From Camelus dromedarius (lineage: Eukaryota), in NCBI RefSeq assembly GCF_036321535.1, contig NC_087436.1, positions 82,834,001-82,898,000 on the forward strand: 64,000 nt of DNA, in the 5' to 3' direction. Within the stretch, counting starts at the first letter, position 1; each line of letters opens with the position of its first letter. A program made the position numbers and the translations under genes. This document shows, piece by piece, positions 63,138 through 64,000 of the stretch. The notes below the pieces were generated by a model, which worked only from the letters and a program-made list of their open reading frames with translations, ran no database searches and was not told the DNA's origin.

Positions 63138-64000
63138 GTGAGTTTTCACTTTGAATCCAAGGTCCATTGTGTCTTGGAGGGATTAAAAAGCCACTCTTTC
63201 TCTTGGTGACATTGCCTGGGTTCAGTTCCACTAGCAAATTCTCCAGTAAAATTTCTATCTAAAACTTGCTCACAAAAAACACAAGTATTTACTAAATGTC
63301 AGAAATACCAGATTTCTGCAAATACATTTAGTGTGGCAGGAAATGTTTACTAATGTCTGGGTGAAATACTGAGCCTCTTGCAAGTTATTTATGGTATTTT
63401 GTAGATGTCTTATCTAATATTTGATAAGCATCTAATTAATGCTTACCAAAGCCAAGATTTTGCCTCTAGGAGCATTTCTGTTCCTAACATAATGGTTTAT
63501 TATTTAATAAATATTCTTTTTATTGGGACTATTAATATATTTGCTAAGCAAAGGGATAAGGTAAATCTGTTTTCTTCAAGATTTTGAAGATGCTAAGGAT
63601 CTCTAATAAGGAAAGTTGGATAAATGACCCAGTATATTTGCTAATCAGTTTACTAGACATTAACTGATTAATTGAGACACAGTTTCTATACATGGATAGC
63701 CTATTAATTATCTATGCTAACAGGGAGGTGGTTTTAGATTTGGGAGTATGCATTAATATATGGATGCTGTGATCTCCTTGAATTCTCATTTCAAGTAGAA
63801 AAAATAGTCTCACAATTAAGTATCTGTATTTATTGAATGATAGAATTCAGTAAATTAAATAATGTCTAATATGAACAAGGAAGAACAGTGTTATCAATAT
63901 AAATATTATACTAATATTTGGCTTAAAAATACCTATGAATATACTTTTATGAAAAAGCAAGAAAAATGCCTCAGAATATGATTCCATTTATCATTGTGTT

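Noticed and set aside
1..64000. CRISPR array, operon or other prokaryotic system
   Set aside because: The sequence is mammalian (spliced SPP1, L1/MIR/MaLR); no repeat-spacer structure.

Overview
AT-rich, repeat-rich mammalian genomic DNA, probably camelid, judging from the tRNA-derived GGGGAGGGTATAGCTCAGTGGTAGAG SINEs and the osteopontin sequence. The only intact protein-coding gene is SPP1 (osteopontin): promoter and exons 1-5 on the + strand at 58.9-63.1 kb, continuing past the window end. The main unexpected observation is on the minus strand from about 32.8 kb down past position 1. About 30 exon-like segments, many with recognisable splice sites, translate with stops and frameshifts into peptides colinear with an axonemal inner-arm dynein heavy chain (DNAH6/DNAH14-like). 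They cover tail, linker, AAA1 Walker A/B and AAA2, so this looks like a decayed, intron-containing dynein pseudogene divergent from SPP1. These alignments were made by eye against sequences recalled from memory and need computational confirmation. Also present: an orphan CpG island about 2 kb upstream of SPP1, ERVL pol remnants, MaLR/ERVL LTRs, nested L1s, two candidate L1 3' transductions, hAT elements, MIR/L2 and microsatellites. Repeat subfamily names are by recall and approximate.
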